A DNA stretch of 64,000 nucleotides from Squalus acanthias (taxonomy: Eukaryota), in assembly GCA_030390025.1 (NCBI GenBank), contig CM059438.1, positions 65,164,001 through 65,228,000 on the forward strand, in the 5' to 3' direction. The notes beneath the pieces were generated by a model. That model saw only the letters and a list, made by a program, of their open reading frames with translations. It was not told the DNA's origin and did no database searches. This document shows, piece by piece, positions 23,712 through 37,345 of this stretch. The position numbers were made by a program, and so were the translations under genes. Every line of letters starts with the position of its first letter. Within the stretch, counting starts at the first letter, position 1.

Positions 23712-25475
23712 CAGGAGGGGGGCTCTTCAGATTCCTGGGGCATTAGGATCATTTCTGGGCAGGAGGGACCTGTACAAGCTGGACGGGTTGCACCTGAACA
23801 GGGCTCGGACCAATGTCCTCACGGGGAGGTTAACTTGTGCTGTGGAGGAGGGTTTAAACTAATTTGGCAGGGGGCGGGGCACCAGGACACTGCAGCAGAG
23901 AGGAGAGACAAGGTGCATAGAAAACTAGGAGAGACAAGCAGCAACAGAACAAAGGATAGTGTAGAAAGAGCAGGGATTAGATGGAGGGAAAAAAAGCAGA
24001 CAAGCCTAGTGTTGGAATGCATGTGTGTTAATGCGAGGGGTATTACAAATAAGTTTGACAAGCTACAGGCGCAAGTTGCCACATGAGGTTATGATACAGT
24101 GGCTATAATGGAGACCTGGCTTAAACACGGGCAGGAATGCAAACTAAACATTCCTGGCTACAATGTACTCAGGAGCGATAGGGATGGAAAAAAGGCAGGA
24201 GGGGGTGGCAGTACCGATCAAGGATAATATTACACTTCTACAGAGGGACGATATAAGAGAGGGTTCAAAGATTGAATCTATTTGGTTGGAGTTAAGGAAC
24301 AGAAATGAGTTGTTACATTGCTGGATGTTTACTATAGACCCCCAAATATTGAGAAGAGATAGAGGAGCAAATCTGTAGGCAAATTTCAGAGAAATGTCAA
24401 AATAATAGAGCAGTAATAGTTGGGGAATTCAATTACCCTGATGTAGACTGTGGGGGGAAACAGAGTAAAAGGCAAGGAGGGTGAAGAATTCCTAAAATGT
24501 GTACAGGAGAATTTTCTTAATCCGTATGTTTGTAGCCCAACGAGAAATGAAGCAGTGCTGGATCTAGTGCTGGGGAATGAAGTAGGGCAAGTGGAGTGTG
24601 TTTCACTGGGAGAACATCTGGGTAATAGTGATCATAATATAATTAGATTGAAAGTAGTTATGGAAAGGGACAAAAAAAATCAAAGGAGAAAATACTCAAC
24701 TGGAAGAGGGCCAATTTCAGTGATTTGAGGAGGGAGCTAGCACAGGTGGACTGGAAACAAAGATTGGCCAGGAAAACAGTAAATGAGCAATGGCAGGCCT
24801 TCACGACGGAGGTAGTTCGGGTAGAAACAAAGTATATTCCCATAAAGAGGAAATAAGAGGCATCCAAAACTAGAGCTCCATGGGTGACAAAGGAAATAGA
24901 GGTTAAAATAAAACAGAAAAAATGAGGTTTATGACAAATGGCAGGTACAGAATACAATCAAAAACCAGACAGAATACAGAGAGTGCAGGAGGAAATTGAT
25001 AAAGGATGTAAAAGGGGCAAAGAGAGAGTGTGAGAAAAAATTAGTGGGTACCATAAAAGGGAACCCAAACATCTTTTCTAAACATATAAAAAGTAAAAGG
25101 GTAGTTTATGGTACAGTGGGCCAATTAGGGACAAAGAAGCAAATTTCTTATGGAGGCAGAGGGCGTGACTTCACAAAACAAGAGGATGAAGTTAATGTCG
25201 CAGTGGACGAGGGGGTGTAGAGATATTGGATAGGATAAAAATAGACAGAAAGGAGGTGCTAAATATATTGGCATCACTCAAAGTTAACAAGTCACCAGAT
25301 GGGATGCATCCTAGGTTGCTGAGAGAAGCTAAGGTGGAGGTAGTAGAAGCTCTGAGCACAATCTTTCAATCTTCCTTGGATATGGGAGTGGTGCCAGAGG
25401 AATGGAGGATTGCAAACGTTGCAGCCCTGAATGGCCTCCTTCTGTGCTGTAAGATTCTATTCTATGATTCTATGA
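23712..25475 (+). mobile_element. CR1 LINE with ORF1 esterase C-terminus, ORF2 APE endonuclease and large internal deletion of the RT
   Basis: LYKLDGLHLNRA (ORF1 SGNH-like), NARGI, ETWL, LDLVLGN, SDHNII, KSPDGMHPRLL..WRIANV, then a direct jump at ~25420 to the 3' UTR and (TTCTATGA)-type tail. Confidence 0.85.
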
Positions 25476-26124
25476 CCTTTGTAGCCAACTGACAGAGGAG
25501 CCTTTGATTCCATCAATCTAGCCGGGATCTGAACCCATATCCCAGAGGTAAAAAGCCAGCATCTAACACACTACACCACCCCTTAGAAATTACAGTTCCA
25601 TTGTACCTACATTTTATGATGTAACAATTCCATCTCTGCTGTGAACGACAGTAGGTTTAACATCTTGTGATGTGTCATATAAAGTGATCATCTCCAAAAG
25701 TGAGTTATTTTTTTTTCCTGAATCATTATACCTGTTCCGTAAGTTATTTTAAGCAAATTTGTCTTGTCACTGAAAGTTTTGACCAGAGTATGCTTAAGAG
25801 ATCAGTTGCCTTGGAGTTGGAGCAAAGTCACATAAACTTTTACAGATAGGAAAGGGATAGAGGCCATTTGATCAATGCCTGCAGTTATTTTTATTTTGGT
25901 AAAAGAGTCTTTGCAAGATAGAAATTCTAGATTTTTACCCCTGAGGAAATACTTTGCTCCTTCCCATTCAATTCCATGAGTTCCTGACTGATCTGAGATT
26001 CAAGCTCCACTCTCCAGATTATACGCTTATCCTTCCCCACCAAAAAAAAGTAGCCTGTTCCACCTCATTATTTGAATGAAAATTTTTCAGTGTAAAAAAG
26101 CATTGAATTATCAGGAGTGATTCA

Positions 26125-26445
26125 TAGGCCAGGAAACCGGGGAGAACGTCCCTTCTCTTCTTCGAAATAGTGCCGTGGGATCTTTTACATCCTCCTGAGA
26201 GGGCAGACCTTAGAGAGCAGACAGGGCCTCAGTTTAATGTCTTATCTGAAAGACGGCACCTCCTGACAATTCTGCACTCCCTCAGCCATTAGTTTAATGT
26301 CTCATCTGAGAAACTGGCACCCCCGACAGTACAGCACTCCCTGGTGTGTCATTCTAGATTATGTGCTCAAGTCTCTGGAGTGGGGCTTGAATCTACAACG
26401 CTTTGAGTTAGAGGCGAGAGTGCTACCTTAGCCACGGATGACACT
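26125..26445 (-). mobile_element. SacSINE1/DeuSINE-like SINE (5' part, with internal duplications)
   Basis: Reverse-complement match to 11581-11840; agtttaatgtct block repeated. Confidence 0.75.
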
Positions 26446-26654
26446 GAAGAGCTAACTCAACACAGAAAACAGAACCTTCTGGCCTGTGCGGCTCAGTACC
26501 ACATTGGGTGGAAAATTCACCCATTGAACCATCAGAGGAGGCAATTATTTCAATTTTAAATAAGTTTCCCAAAAACAAGGAAGACCAGAACACAGGACAT
26601 TTACACCATCTTGCAGTCACACTCATGTTGAAATCAATAGGTTGCTCTGGCGTT

Positions 26655-26825
26655 GAGTATATTCAAGACAGAGATCGATAGATTTTTGGATACTGGGGGA
26701 TATGGGGATAGTGCAGGAAGGTGGAGTTGAGGTAGAAGATCAGCCATGATCCTATTGAATGGCGGAGCAGGCTCGAAGGGCTGAATGGCCTGCTCCTGCT
26801 CCTATTTCGTATATTCTTATGTTCT
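26655..26825 (+). mobile_element. CR1 3' end fragment
   Basis: gatcagccatgat...gaatggcggagcaggctcgaagggctgaatggcct and tail. Confidence 0.75.
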
Positions 26826-27499
26826 CAATAGCATCTGTAAAATGAAGCCTATCAAATGAGATAGTGTAGAGAATGGAAATGTACTTGGTATTTCAGATCT
26901 ATACTCTAAATTCTCTGTTTGAATGAAGAGTAATCAATAAAATTGTGGATGATAACTTATCTAAACTGAATTTATATTAAGTAGAAGTGTATCAGCTAGC
27001 AAGTACAGATTTATTGAAGTTGAACTGAGACAAAACATTCAGTATGTGTAAGTAATAAAGTGATTGATTGCCTTTTCTCCATTTCACTATATTGTTGTCT
27101 ACCTCTGATGTACGATAAGCCAATTTGGAAAACAAATCGTAACTATGTTAAGCTTTGTATCTGAAGGTGTAAATTAAGAAATATTTTGCTGCTGGAATCA
27201 TTGAGAAGCACTCGGGAACCGTTTAGTGCTAAATTGCCTGAGCGATAAAGGCAATTTAAGATAATTGGGATTTTTAAAAAATAATTCAACGATTGTTTTG
27301 AGTTGACAGTTATTTCTCTTCGTACTCAAACCTTACTGCTGGCAAAGCATTGTGCTGTTTGATGAAAGGTAGGAACACACTTAAAATATTTTTTTCTTGC
27401 ATTTTCCCCTTTCCGCCTACTACAGACGGAGATGTTGCTCGGGTAGAATTCCACAGGTGATTATTGACCTCCAGTATGTCCCCTATGTAAGCTAAGCAT

Positions 27500-28002
27500 A
27501 GTTCAGCGAAGATTCACCAGGCTGATACCTGGGATGGCAGGAATGACGTATGAGGAGAGATTGGGTCGATTGGGCTTATACTCGCTGGAGTTTAGAAGAA
27601 TCAGAGGGGATCTCATTGAAACTTATAAAATTCTGACAGGACTGGACAGACTAGATGCAGGAAGGATGTTCCCGATGGTCGGGGAGTCCAGAACCAGGGG
27701 TCACAGTCTAAGGATAAGGGGTAAGCCATTTAGGACAGAAATGAGGAGGAATTTCTTCACCCAGAGGGTGGTGAACCTGTGGAATTCTCTACCACAGAAG
27801 GCAGTAGAGGCCAATTCATTAAATATATTCAAGAAGGAGTTGGATATATTTCTTAAGGCTAAAGGGATCAAGGGATATGGGGAGAAAACAGGGACACGGT
27901 TCTGAATTTGGATGATCAGCCATGATCGCATTGAATGGCGGAGCAGGCTAGAGGGGCCGAATGGCCTACTCCTGCTCCTATCTTCTATGTTTCTATGTTT
28001 CT
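27500..28002 (+). mobile_element. CR1 LINE 3' fragment, same subfamily as 52413-55291
   Basis: ORF 27534-27905 nearly identical to the C-terminus of ORF 54087-55196; (TTTCTATG)n tail; appears inserted in a family-B SINE (~27400-28270). Confidence 0.92.
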
Positions 28003-28536
28003 CACATGTGAGTCCCAACAGTGACAATCTGCAGGCTATTCGACCATAGGAAGCATCCTGATCCTGTTCTCACCCGATACATGACCACGTTCCTGCATGA
28101 GTCACTGGATAGAGGGTAATCTAATCCAATCACCGCACCCACCCCCCACCCCCCACCACCACCCTCCCGAAACTTTGGTCAACTGTAGCATCCCTAATGT
28201 TACCTGCGCTGAGAAGAGTTAACTCAACACAGGCCACACATTGAACCTGGGATCCTCCTGGTTTGCAAGGCAGTGGATTTACCGACCAATTAATCGCGGA
28301 GGGTTCTGTTGCCGCGCACATGTGTGTCACCTCTTCATTTGCATTTTCCTCTCTCTGGAGCAGCTTTTCAACATGCTGCCCGCCAACAGACATGAAAACT
28401 GGGCAGTGTCTGGAATAGGCGGCTGATCCACAATCGCTGATTTCCAACACACAGTTGTTCAGTACAAAAGTGATTGTGACCAGCGCTTTAAAGAACTGGG
28501 GCAAAAAAAGCCACAAGTGCGTTTAGTCTTAAAGTA

Positions 28537-28978
28537 AGAACTTGCATTTATATAGCGCCTTTCACCACCTCAGAATGGCGCAACGTGCTTTACAACCTGA
28601 TCAAGTACTTTTTGAAATGTAGTCGCTGCAGGAAATGTGGCAGCCAATTTGTGCACAGCAAGGTCCCACAAACAGCAATGAAATAAATGACCAGATCATG
28701 TTTTAGTGACATTGATTGAGCGATAAATGTTGCCCAGGACACTGGGAGAACTCTCCTGCTTTTCTTCGAATAGTGCCTTGGGATCATTTACATCCACCAG
28801 AGAGGGCTTTGATTTTATGTCTCATCAAAATGAAAATGCCTCTGACTGTGCAGCACTCACTCAGTGCTGCACCAGTGTGTCAGCCTAGATTTTGTGCTCA
28901 AGTCTCGGCAGTGGGGCTTGAACCCACGACCTCCTGACTCAAAGGTGAGTGTGCTACCACTGAGCCAAGGCTGACACC
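28537..28978 (-). mobile_element. Full-length SacSINE1/DeuSINE-like SINE
   Basis: Reverse-complement match to 11581-12300 from head to tail. Confidence 0.85.
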
Positions 28979-29301
28979 AGGGCCCAATAAGACCTGCTGT
29001 GTTTGAAACTGGATGGAGCAAGACAAAGCTGATTAAAGAAACAGTGGTTGCCAGTAACTTCATCTTTACACATCATTATAAATATTTGCTGTTTTATTCA
29101 TTATCCACCACTTGTAGCTGGTTAACATGATTTTTATTCTGATGTAGCTGATGGTGCTTTACATATTTGTGTGTATATATATTTGAAAAGCCATGAAATC
29201 TAAAGTGAAGTTGATTTTCAAAGAAAACTCTTGGTGGCTCTGATTTTATTTTTCTATCACTGTTAAGTCCTGCTCCAGATATGCTGACTGAAAAAGATTA
29301 T

Positions 29302-30161
29302 GGGGGAAAAAATTCGGTTGCTTTGTGCCTCCCATGGGGTGCAAAGCAACTAGCGCCCGGGCGCGGCAATGTTTGCCCCGCTCGTGAAATTGACCAGACA
29401 TTTTGCGGCGGCGCTAAACACTACCACCACGATCTCCTGCGCCCACAGACCGTGACGTCAGTCGAGCGTGCAACGCCCCGGTAGCACCCTGGACCGGATA
29501 TTGAGTGGCGCCTTCTGCCTTACCACCTGCCGCTAGCAACGACAGGTTGAGGGGAGCGTTTTGCAGTCGGACTGGGGGAGCGCTATTTAAAGGCGACCGC
29601 TTCCTGCCTTTTTTTGTCGGCGACATTTTTGCACCACGCATTCTGAGAGAGAGAGACTTCTGGAGAGAGTCAAAGTTGTGTGAAGGAGTTTTGGGTACTG
29701 AGCAGCACTTTGCAGGTTCATTTTGATTTGACCTTCCTTGCATCGATTTAGAAGAGACTATGGGGTCTGCACTCTGAGCTCTTTCCTTGGGCCTCTCCAT
29801 TGTTCTTTCCAGCAGATTTGATGTACAGGTCTCTCCAGGCTGAGATTCAAGGCTGCAATGAGCAGTGTGTGGATGGAGAGCAAGATCGACCCTCCCCTTT
29901 AAGAACTGGCCGGCGCCAGTGTATCTGTGTTCCATTGCTAACTGACATCACATGAGCCTCGCCAGCGCTCTGAGGTAGCGCCTCGCTCCTCGGCGTTAGC
30001 GCCTTAAGAGAGGTGTGTAGTGCCTGATTTAGCGCTCCAATCACCTCCAGGGGCGATAGAAGCCAAGTTTGCAGTTGGAGGCGATAATTAGCGGCAGGCG
30101 CTAAACTTTGCGCCCGGCCGATAATTGCGCCTCAAACGGGGCGATACTGAATTTCTCCCCC
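29302..30161. mobile_element. GC-rich MITE (PIF/Harbinger-type)
   Basis: TIRs GGGGGAAAAAATTC ... GAATTTCTCCCCC; subterminal homology to the 42905 and 55503 elements. Confidence 0.8.
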
Positions 30162-30549
30162 CAAATCTTTTAAAATCATTTTATTAAGTGTGGCATTGAT
30201 TCAGCAACTGCCTGTTTTCATTTTTCACCAGTCATCTATAAAGCAACATTGTATTTTTTCATGAATATTAAAAGAATGGCCCGAAGCATTTTGGGGGATC
30301 AGAGTATTTTGTAATGTTGACTTACAAGATTGACTGTTTCTTTTATTGGTTTAAAATATGAGGCAAGCCAATAAATAGGAAGTTGTATTCTGCTTTGCTT
30401 TCTTTTAAAGGAGTATTGTCATCTGGTAAAGCACTTTAGAAATGATTTCATTAACATTATCAATATGATGCAGACAGTGATCTTATCAAGACATGCCAAA
30501 CAATCACCATCAGCTCCAATTAGTTATAACTAAAGCTGGGTTTATACTT

Positions 30550-31040
30550 TCTTTTAGCTTGTTCTCAGGATGTGGGCGTTGTTGGCAAGGCTAAGCTTAT
30601 TACCCATGCCTAGTTGCCCTCAGAAGGTGGTAGTGGGCTTTCTTAAGAAATTGTAACCCATTGGCTTGCTGGGCCACTTCAGAGGACATTAGAAGCCAAC
30701 CAAATGAGGTTGAGGTACAGATCAACCATGATCTAATTGAATGGCGGAGCAGGCTCGAGGGGCTGAATGGCCGACTCATGTTCCTATCTTCCTAACCATG
30801 TATTGTAGATTAGAGCCATGTGTCAGCCAAACCAGATGGGGGTGGCAGATTCTCTTCCCTTTCTTGAAAAGAACCAGCTTGGTCTTTAGTCACAATTGAC
30901 AACTTTCATGGTTTTTTTTTCTCTTGTGTGAGCCCACAAATGACCAAATTATTGAATTCAATTTCACAACCTGCCATGGTGGGATTTGAACTCAACCTCT
31001 GGATTGCAAGTCCAGTACCATAATAGTTACACAACCATGC
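30550..31040 (-). mobile_element. tRNA-headed SINE sharing its 5' head and 3' tail with the tRNA-headed LINE; CR1 tail fragment inserted at ~30705-30795
   Basis: B box at 30981-30991, anticodon-like arm CTGGA-CTTGCAA-TCCAG, 3' end matching 37205-37300. Confidence 0.7.
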
Positions 31041-32014
31041 CCAGAACTACACTTCTATACCCATTATACTGCCAAGTCGCTTTGGGTGTGTATCAGTGTG
31101 AAGGTGGTAGCATAACCTTGGAGTCAGGTCTGAACTGATTTGGAACTCACTGAAGCTGGGTAATTGAAGGATCTCTCGAAGAAGACATTTCTTAACTCTT
31201 GGGCTTGGCACTTGGTGGAGTTTAACTCTAGCCTAGCATGGACCTGGGTTTAATAAGTACTCTGGCAGTCCATTGGATAACCTGGCCACTTGATAAACCT
31301 ACTATAAAGTGTTCTTAGTGCTATGAGAAAGCTCAGTCTACCTTTCTTTCATAACATCAAAAAGATTGGTGCTGGGAGAGCAGAGTTCTTTGCAGTGTAC
31401 AGGTACTAATGTGCAAGGCTCTCTCCTGATGGGCAGAGGGCAATTTGGAGTGTTCAGTATCACTCAAGTCTTGCTGGCTTTGCTTTGTGCTCTGCATATA
31501 TAGTCCTGGGAATAGGAATAGAGGAAAATTGTAGCTTAAACAAACACATAAAAAGGCAGCACAAAATTATCCAGGAGACAACACAATGGCCGTTGACTTG
31601 CTTTCTGGAGCAGGTAGATGCAAGAAGTGAGATAGACCATCACATCCCCAGCTTGGTGATACTACATTGTATTTTTGTGTGAATATGAAATATTCATATT
31701 TCTGTGAATCTCTTTAAAACTATCTCCCCAGTTTCTTTCATACTCCTCTGAACAGTTTTTCTGTCTCTCTGCATTTTGTACACTGATACTACATTATATT
31801 GCAGGACCAATGCAGTTGCATTAATTGAATCAGCATTAAGTAGTCGGTTATCACTGGATAAACTGAGACTGATTACGTCACCATCATAAATTCCTCGCTG
31901 TGGACATTGGATTTCATGGCCATTCCTATCTGTTATGACGCCCCCAGATGAAAAAAGAGTGAAGATCTGCAGTGGATATTAAATAATGGCCACAAGGGAG
32001 TGACTTCAACACTC

Positions 32015-32107
32015 GGTGGTCATTTTCACCTTCACCCACCGTTGGAGCAGATTGCCGCCCATTATAGAACCAATCCCTTTTCATTTCCACCAATGAAAAC
32101 TACCCCC
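32015..32107. mobile_element. Very short MITE remnant
   Basis: Imperfect TIR GGTGGTCATTTTCA / TGAAAACTACCCCC. Confidence 0.4.
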
Positions 32108-32124
32108 TTAGTGTTCCATCCACA

Positions 32125-32401
32125 TCAACAACAACAACTTGCATTTATATAGCACCTTTAACATAGTAAAATGTCCCAAGGTGCTTCACAAAAGCGTTAT
32201 CAAACAAAATTTGACACCAAAGCCACATAAGGAGATATTAGGACAGGTGACCAACAGCTTGTTCAAAGGAGCGTCTTAAAGGAGGAGAGAGAGGTGGAGA
32301 GGTTTAGGGAGGGAATTCCAGAGCTTAGGGCCCAGGCAGCTGAAGGCACGGCCACCAATGGTGGGGCGATAAAAATCGGGGATGCGCAAGAGGCCAAAAT
32401 G
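32125..32401 (-). mobile_element. L2 LINE 3' end fragment
   Basis: Matches 17109-17400; (CAA)n tail. Confidence 0.85.
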
Positions 32402-34927
32402 AGATTTGGGTGTGTATGTAATACTACAGAGGTCAAGATTCTGTCCAATTTTGGAGCCAATTTTTCCTTAATGTGTGAGTGTGACCAGGGAATATGTTCC
32501 AATTTGTTGGTTTTAATGAATGAATATTTTTTGAACGTTTTATAGCTCTTCAGTTAAACCTATTTCAAGATTCGCTGCAATCCAAGGTTGAACAGAAAAA
32601 AATGATGACGGTTTAAAAACAACTTTTCACACAGCAGCTTCTGCTGCTTTACAAACTCCAGCTTGCAGGCTGCCTGACTTGTAGGATCTAGATCTAACAA
32701 ATTGCCTAATTAATACCTTGCCAGACACTGTCTATAAATGCTTGTGCTCAAATTGATATGAATCCTTGATTTAGATTAACCGACTGGTGCTATTTGAGAG
32801 CAGGCAGTAACCAGTTTAAAATTAATGAGTTAATATGGGCACTATAATATTACCAATTGGGAAATCGAGGCACTTGCTACTTGCTGAAGTAAAGGGATGC
32901 CCATAAATGCTAATATCATGACAAGCACTCCATGGCCTCTTAGAGTTGTCAGAGCACATGCTTGCTTGAGAAGTAACATAGATTTTATTTTAGAGTGAAA
33001 CAAGAGACTTTCTTTTGAAATTTTACTGCTTAAAGGTTGTTCAACACTGAAAGTGTTAACTGAAAATGCTCCATTAAAGAGCCTTCAACATTGTTCAACC
33101 GGGCACGTCACACATCCTCGTAAACTAACTATCATTCAACAAGTGTTGGGTGAAAATAAATGCTGATTACTTAAATCAGGGTGAGATGTTATCGTTTGCT
33201 TATCTGAGCAATGCCAATAAAACCAGACATTGGTTCCACCTTCATCATTTATCTAGTCACTGCAAAGCTAATTGGCTGTCATTGAAAGAGCAGCAGCAAT
33301 TCAGTGGAAAAGAAATGGGTTTGTTGAACAGCTTGAGGAATGACCTTTCATGTTAAGAGATTGGTGCACCATTAGCAAATTGTTCAGCAAGAACTTAAAA
33401 AGTATGTCTGTGAAGAATGAGGTTCAATCTCTGATTCTAAAAGTCGCAACCATGTCCACTCCATTGTCTTGTGTATTGTTTTTGTGTGGAAAAATAAACC
33501 TGCAGGATGAGGTGGGACATATTCTCTTGCCTACCTTGTCTTCTTGGGCTATGGCAATTTCATGAACAAATTTAAAACAATTGCAGGATTATTAGGACAG
33601 AATTTATTGCACAATTTAAAATTTCAGCCCCTTCGGATGTCTAATTCCAGTGAGGGTGTCACATTGGTGTGTCATAGTTAAAATTCCAGCAAAATTGTAG
33701 TTTTCAAGATAGTGAAGGTTGAGTTATGATAACCACCTGACTCATTGTGGCCTAATCGCTTATAACTATTCCTAATACTCTTTTCTTTAATGTAATTGCC
33801 AGTAAATCCAGGCGAACTGTCCTCCATGGCAAAGAGTTCAAATATCAGGGGACCCACGAAGAAAATTAGGGAGTTCGGAGAAATTCTTAGGGGACTGCGT
33901 TCAAAGGATAATATCAGGCAAGACCATTGAAATGAATCATATAAATGGGTTGAGGAGGCAATTAGATGTTTTAAGATGACTGCTTAGTAATGCCAATTAA
34001 AGGCTTGTTAATGGCTCTTAATGCTAATTGGTGCTTTTTTCTGTTGAGTGCAATAGATTCTCCACTGGTGCCCTTTACTCTTGACCAGAGCTGGAGATTT
34101 TGTATCTCAAGGATTGGTGAGCTTTATAGCTGCAGTATGTATTGGTGAGAGAGGATAGCACTTTAGAATCCCCAGACAACTTGCCGTGCACTCCATCCAA
34201 ATCATGCAGAGGGCATGCCAGTTCGTTCACACCATTTCAAACAGAGGGCATGACCACTAGTGGTTGAATGTATTTCTTCCTCAGAAATATTTGCTCCTCC
34301 ATTTCCAAAAGCATTGCCTGGAAATTTGACGTATTCCTACAAGTTCAAATTGACGATAATGTGGAGTCAATCGGAATGGCCTCAAATGTTATCTTCACTG
34401 TTCAATTCTTATCTCAGCACAGAATACACTTTTGCTGTCGCATACATGGGAAACATCAGGAACATAGGAACAGGCGTAGGCCATTCATCTTCTCGAGCCT
34501 ATTCCGTCATTCAATTCGATCATGGCTGCTCTGTACCTCAACTCCATACAGTTCTCTGTACGCTTAAATCAATGCTGCTGCAAGGAAGCTGGGCACTTCA
34601 TAAGGAAGGGAATTATTGCTGAGGTCAAGGTTGCAGAAAACGGTTTGCACATCTGTTGTTTGAGATGCATTATTCTTGTGATGGCAGCAGACATGACACC
34701 TCCTCAGCTTGAAAATAAATAAACTTCTCAGGAGACAAAGGCCATTTGCCCTTGAATGGAAAAGGATTCCATTAATAAACTTGACTTACTGGTGGCACCA
34801 GCAGCAACAGCCTCTAATATTTCAGTTATTCACTTTACCCTCGCAGGGCAAAAACTTTGAAAATGTGACGGTGATGGAATTTTGCTCAGAATAATAGTCA
34901 CCTTCAAAATGTTGGTTTGAAAGGTAT

Positions 34928-36661
34928 GGTAGCGTAGTAGTTATGTTACTGGACTAGTAATCCAGAGAATGTGAGTTCCGATCCTACCATGGTAGTTTGA
35001 GAATTTGAATTCTGTGATAAAAAGAAATCTGGAGATCTGGTACCAGTAACGTGACTATGAAGCTGTCAGGTTGCTGTAAAAACTCAGCTGGTTCACTCAT
35101 GTCCCTTTACCCGTCTAGCCTATATGTGACTCCAATCCTACACCAACATGGTTGACTTAACTGCCCTTTGAACTGGCCTAGCAAGCCATTCAGTTGTACC
35201 AAACCACTAGAAAGACAAACAAGAATAAAACCAGGCAGGCCACACAGCTGCAACTCAGGCATCGAATCAGATATGACAAAGGCACACCCAGCCCAGTCGA
35301 CCCTGCAAAGTCCTAACATCTGGGGACTGGTGCCAAAGTCGGGAAGGCTGTCGCACAGACTAGTCGAGCAACTGACTGATATAGGCATGCTCACAGAATC
35401 AAAACTAGTAGCCAAAGTTCCAGACTGCTCCCTCCGCATCCCTGTCTATGTACACCAGCAGGACGGACCCATCCAAGGTGGGGGCCACAATGGTATAGTC
35501 ATCGATGCGTTGCCCTGGGAGTCCACAACATTGACTTTGCACCTCATGAAATCTCATGGCTTCAGGTCAAACATAGGCATGGAAATATTCTGCAGATTAC
35601 CACCTACCACCCTCCCTCAGACGATGAATCAGTACTCCTCCATGTTGAACCCCACTTGGAGGAAACACCGAGGGTATCAAAGGCACAGAATGTAGTCTCG
35701 GTGGGGGACATCAATGTCCATCACCAAGAGTGGCTCGGTAGTACCACCACTTAAACAATAGCTGCCAGGCTAGGCTTGCAACAGGTGGTGAGAAAAAAGA
35801 CATGAGGGAATAATCTACTTGACCTTGCCCTCACCAATCTACCTGTCGCAGATGCCTCTGTCTATGACAGCATTGATAGGTTTGACAACCGCACAGTCCT
35901 CCTCCATCATGTCGTGTGGCACTACCACCGTGCTAAGTGGGATAGATTATGAACAGATCTAGCATCTCAAAACTGAGCATCCATGAGGCGGTGTGTGCCA
36001 TCAGCAGCGGCAGAAATCTATACCACCACTGTCTGTAACCCGGCATATCTCTCACTCCTCCAGTACCATCAAATGAAATAATCAACCCTGTTTCAATAAG
36101 GAGTGCAGAAGAGCATGCCGGGAGCAGCACATTGTGTATCTGAAAATGAGGTGCCAACCGGGTGAAGCTACAACACAAGACTACATCCATGCTAAACAAT
36201 GAAAGCAGCATGCTAAAGACACAGCTAAGCAATCCCACAATCAAAGGATCAGGTCAAAGCTCTGCAACCTTGACACATCCAGTCGTGAATGGTGGTGGAC
36301 AATTAAGCAACTAATGGGGGGAGGAGGCTCCACGAACATCCCCATCCTCAACGCTGAATTCCTCAGGGCAGCGTTCTAGGCCAAACTATCTACACCTGCT
36401 TCATTAGTGACATTCCCTCCATTATAAGTTCAGAAGTGGGGCTGTTTGCAAATAATTGCACAATGTTCAGCTCCATTCACAATCTTTCAGAAAATGCAAC
36501 AGTGCATGCAGCAAGACCTGGATAACATCCAGGCTTGGGCTGGTAGGTGGCAAGTAATATTTGTGCCACACAAGTGCCAGGCAATGGCCATCTCCAACAA
36601 GAGAAAATCTAACCACCTCCCCTTGACAGTCAATGGCATTACTATCACTGAGTCCCCCACA
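34928..36661 (+). mobile_element. tRNA-headed LINE (CR1/L2 group): Pol III-like head, APE endonuclease, partial RT; degenerate and internally deleted
   Basis: A box tagcgtagtag, arm CTGGA-CTAGTAA-TCCAG, B-box-like gagttccgatcc; then NIWGLVPK...DIGMLTES, GDINVHH, NLLDLALTN; jump at ~36350 to PQGSVLG...SEVGLFANN. Confidence 0.75.
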
Positions 36662-36869
36662 TAAAGGTATGATGCCTTATTCCTTGAACTAACCCTGATT
36701 GTACTCTTCATATGACCCCAGGATTGTTACAGTACCACGTTTTATGGAGCAGCACTGAATTTTACTGACAAGTTATTGCAGTACGAATTTAAGGGATTGG
36801 CATGGCCCAGTGAGCTCGCTCCTTTTAATGCACTGTGAGCAGTCTGCATTGGCAATTCAATTATACGAT

Positions 36870-37000
36870 AGCAAAATACTGCGGATGCTGGAAATCCAAA
36901 ATAACAACAGAAAACGCTGGAAAAACTCAGCAGGCCAGGCAACATCCGTGGAGAGAGAAACAGAGTTAACGTTTCAGGTCGAAACCCTTCGTCGGAACTG
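36870..37000 (-). mobile_element. Penelope family-B single pLTR with variant hammerhead (36964-36999)
   Basis: Near-identical to 22894-23024; core reads CCGACGA (U4 to C), helix II closed by UUCG, GAAA-CG-UU. Confidence 0.8.
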
Positions 37001-37345
37001 AGTTGAAGTACAGATAGAACTAGAACAGCGTGTCTAGGTCTCAGTGAAGTAGATACAGGGCTCGTGAGGCTTGGTACAGTGGGTATGGTGCCATTGGGTC
37101 TTGGTGTTGTCTCTGTAGCCACTTGGGCCTTGGAAGTGGCTATGGTGCACTCAGACCTTGGCGGAGTCGGACATGGCATGGTCAAGGCAATGAAGGTGGG
37201 AGTCTTTTTCTTTATTCATTCATGGGATGTGGGTGTTGCTGGCAAGGCTAGCATTTATTGCCCATTCCTAATTGCCCTTGAGAAGGTGGTGGTGAGCCAC
37301 TTTCTTGAACTGCTGCCGTCCGTGTGGTGAAGGTACTCCCACAGT

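Noticed and set aside
34928..35000. Genuine tRNA gene (also heads at 11581, 28978, 47293, 51875)
   Set aside because: No complete cloverleaf or acceptor stem; each runs directly into a repeat body.
36964..36999. Active hammerhead
   Set aside because: Core reads CCGACGA instead of CUGANGA; kept only as a variant of uncertain activity.
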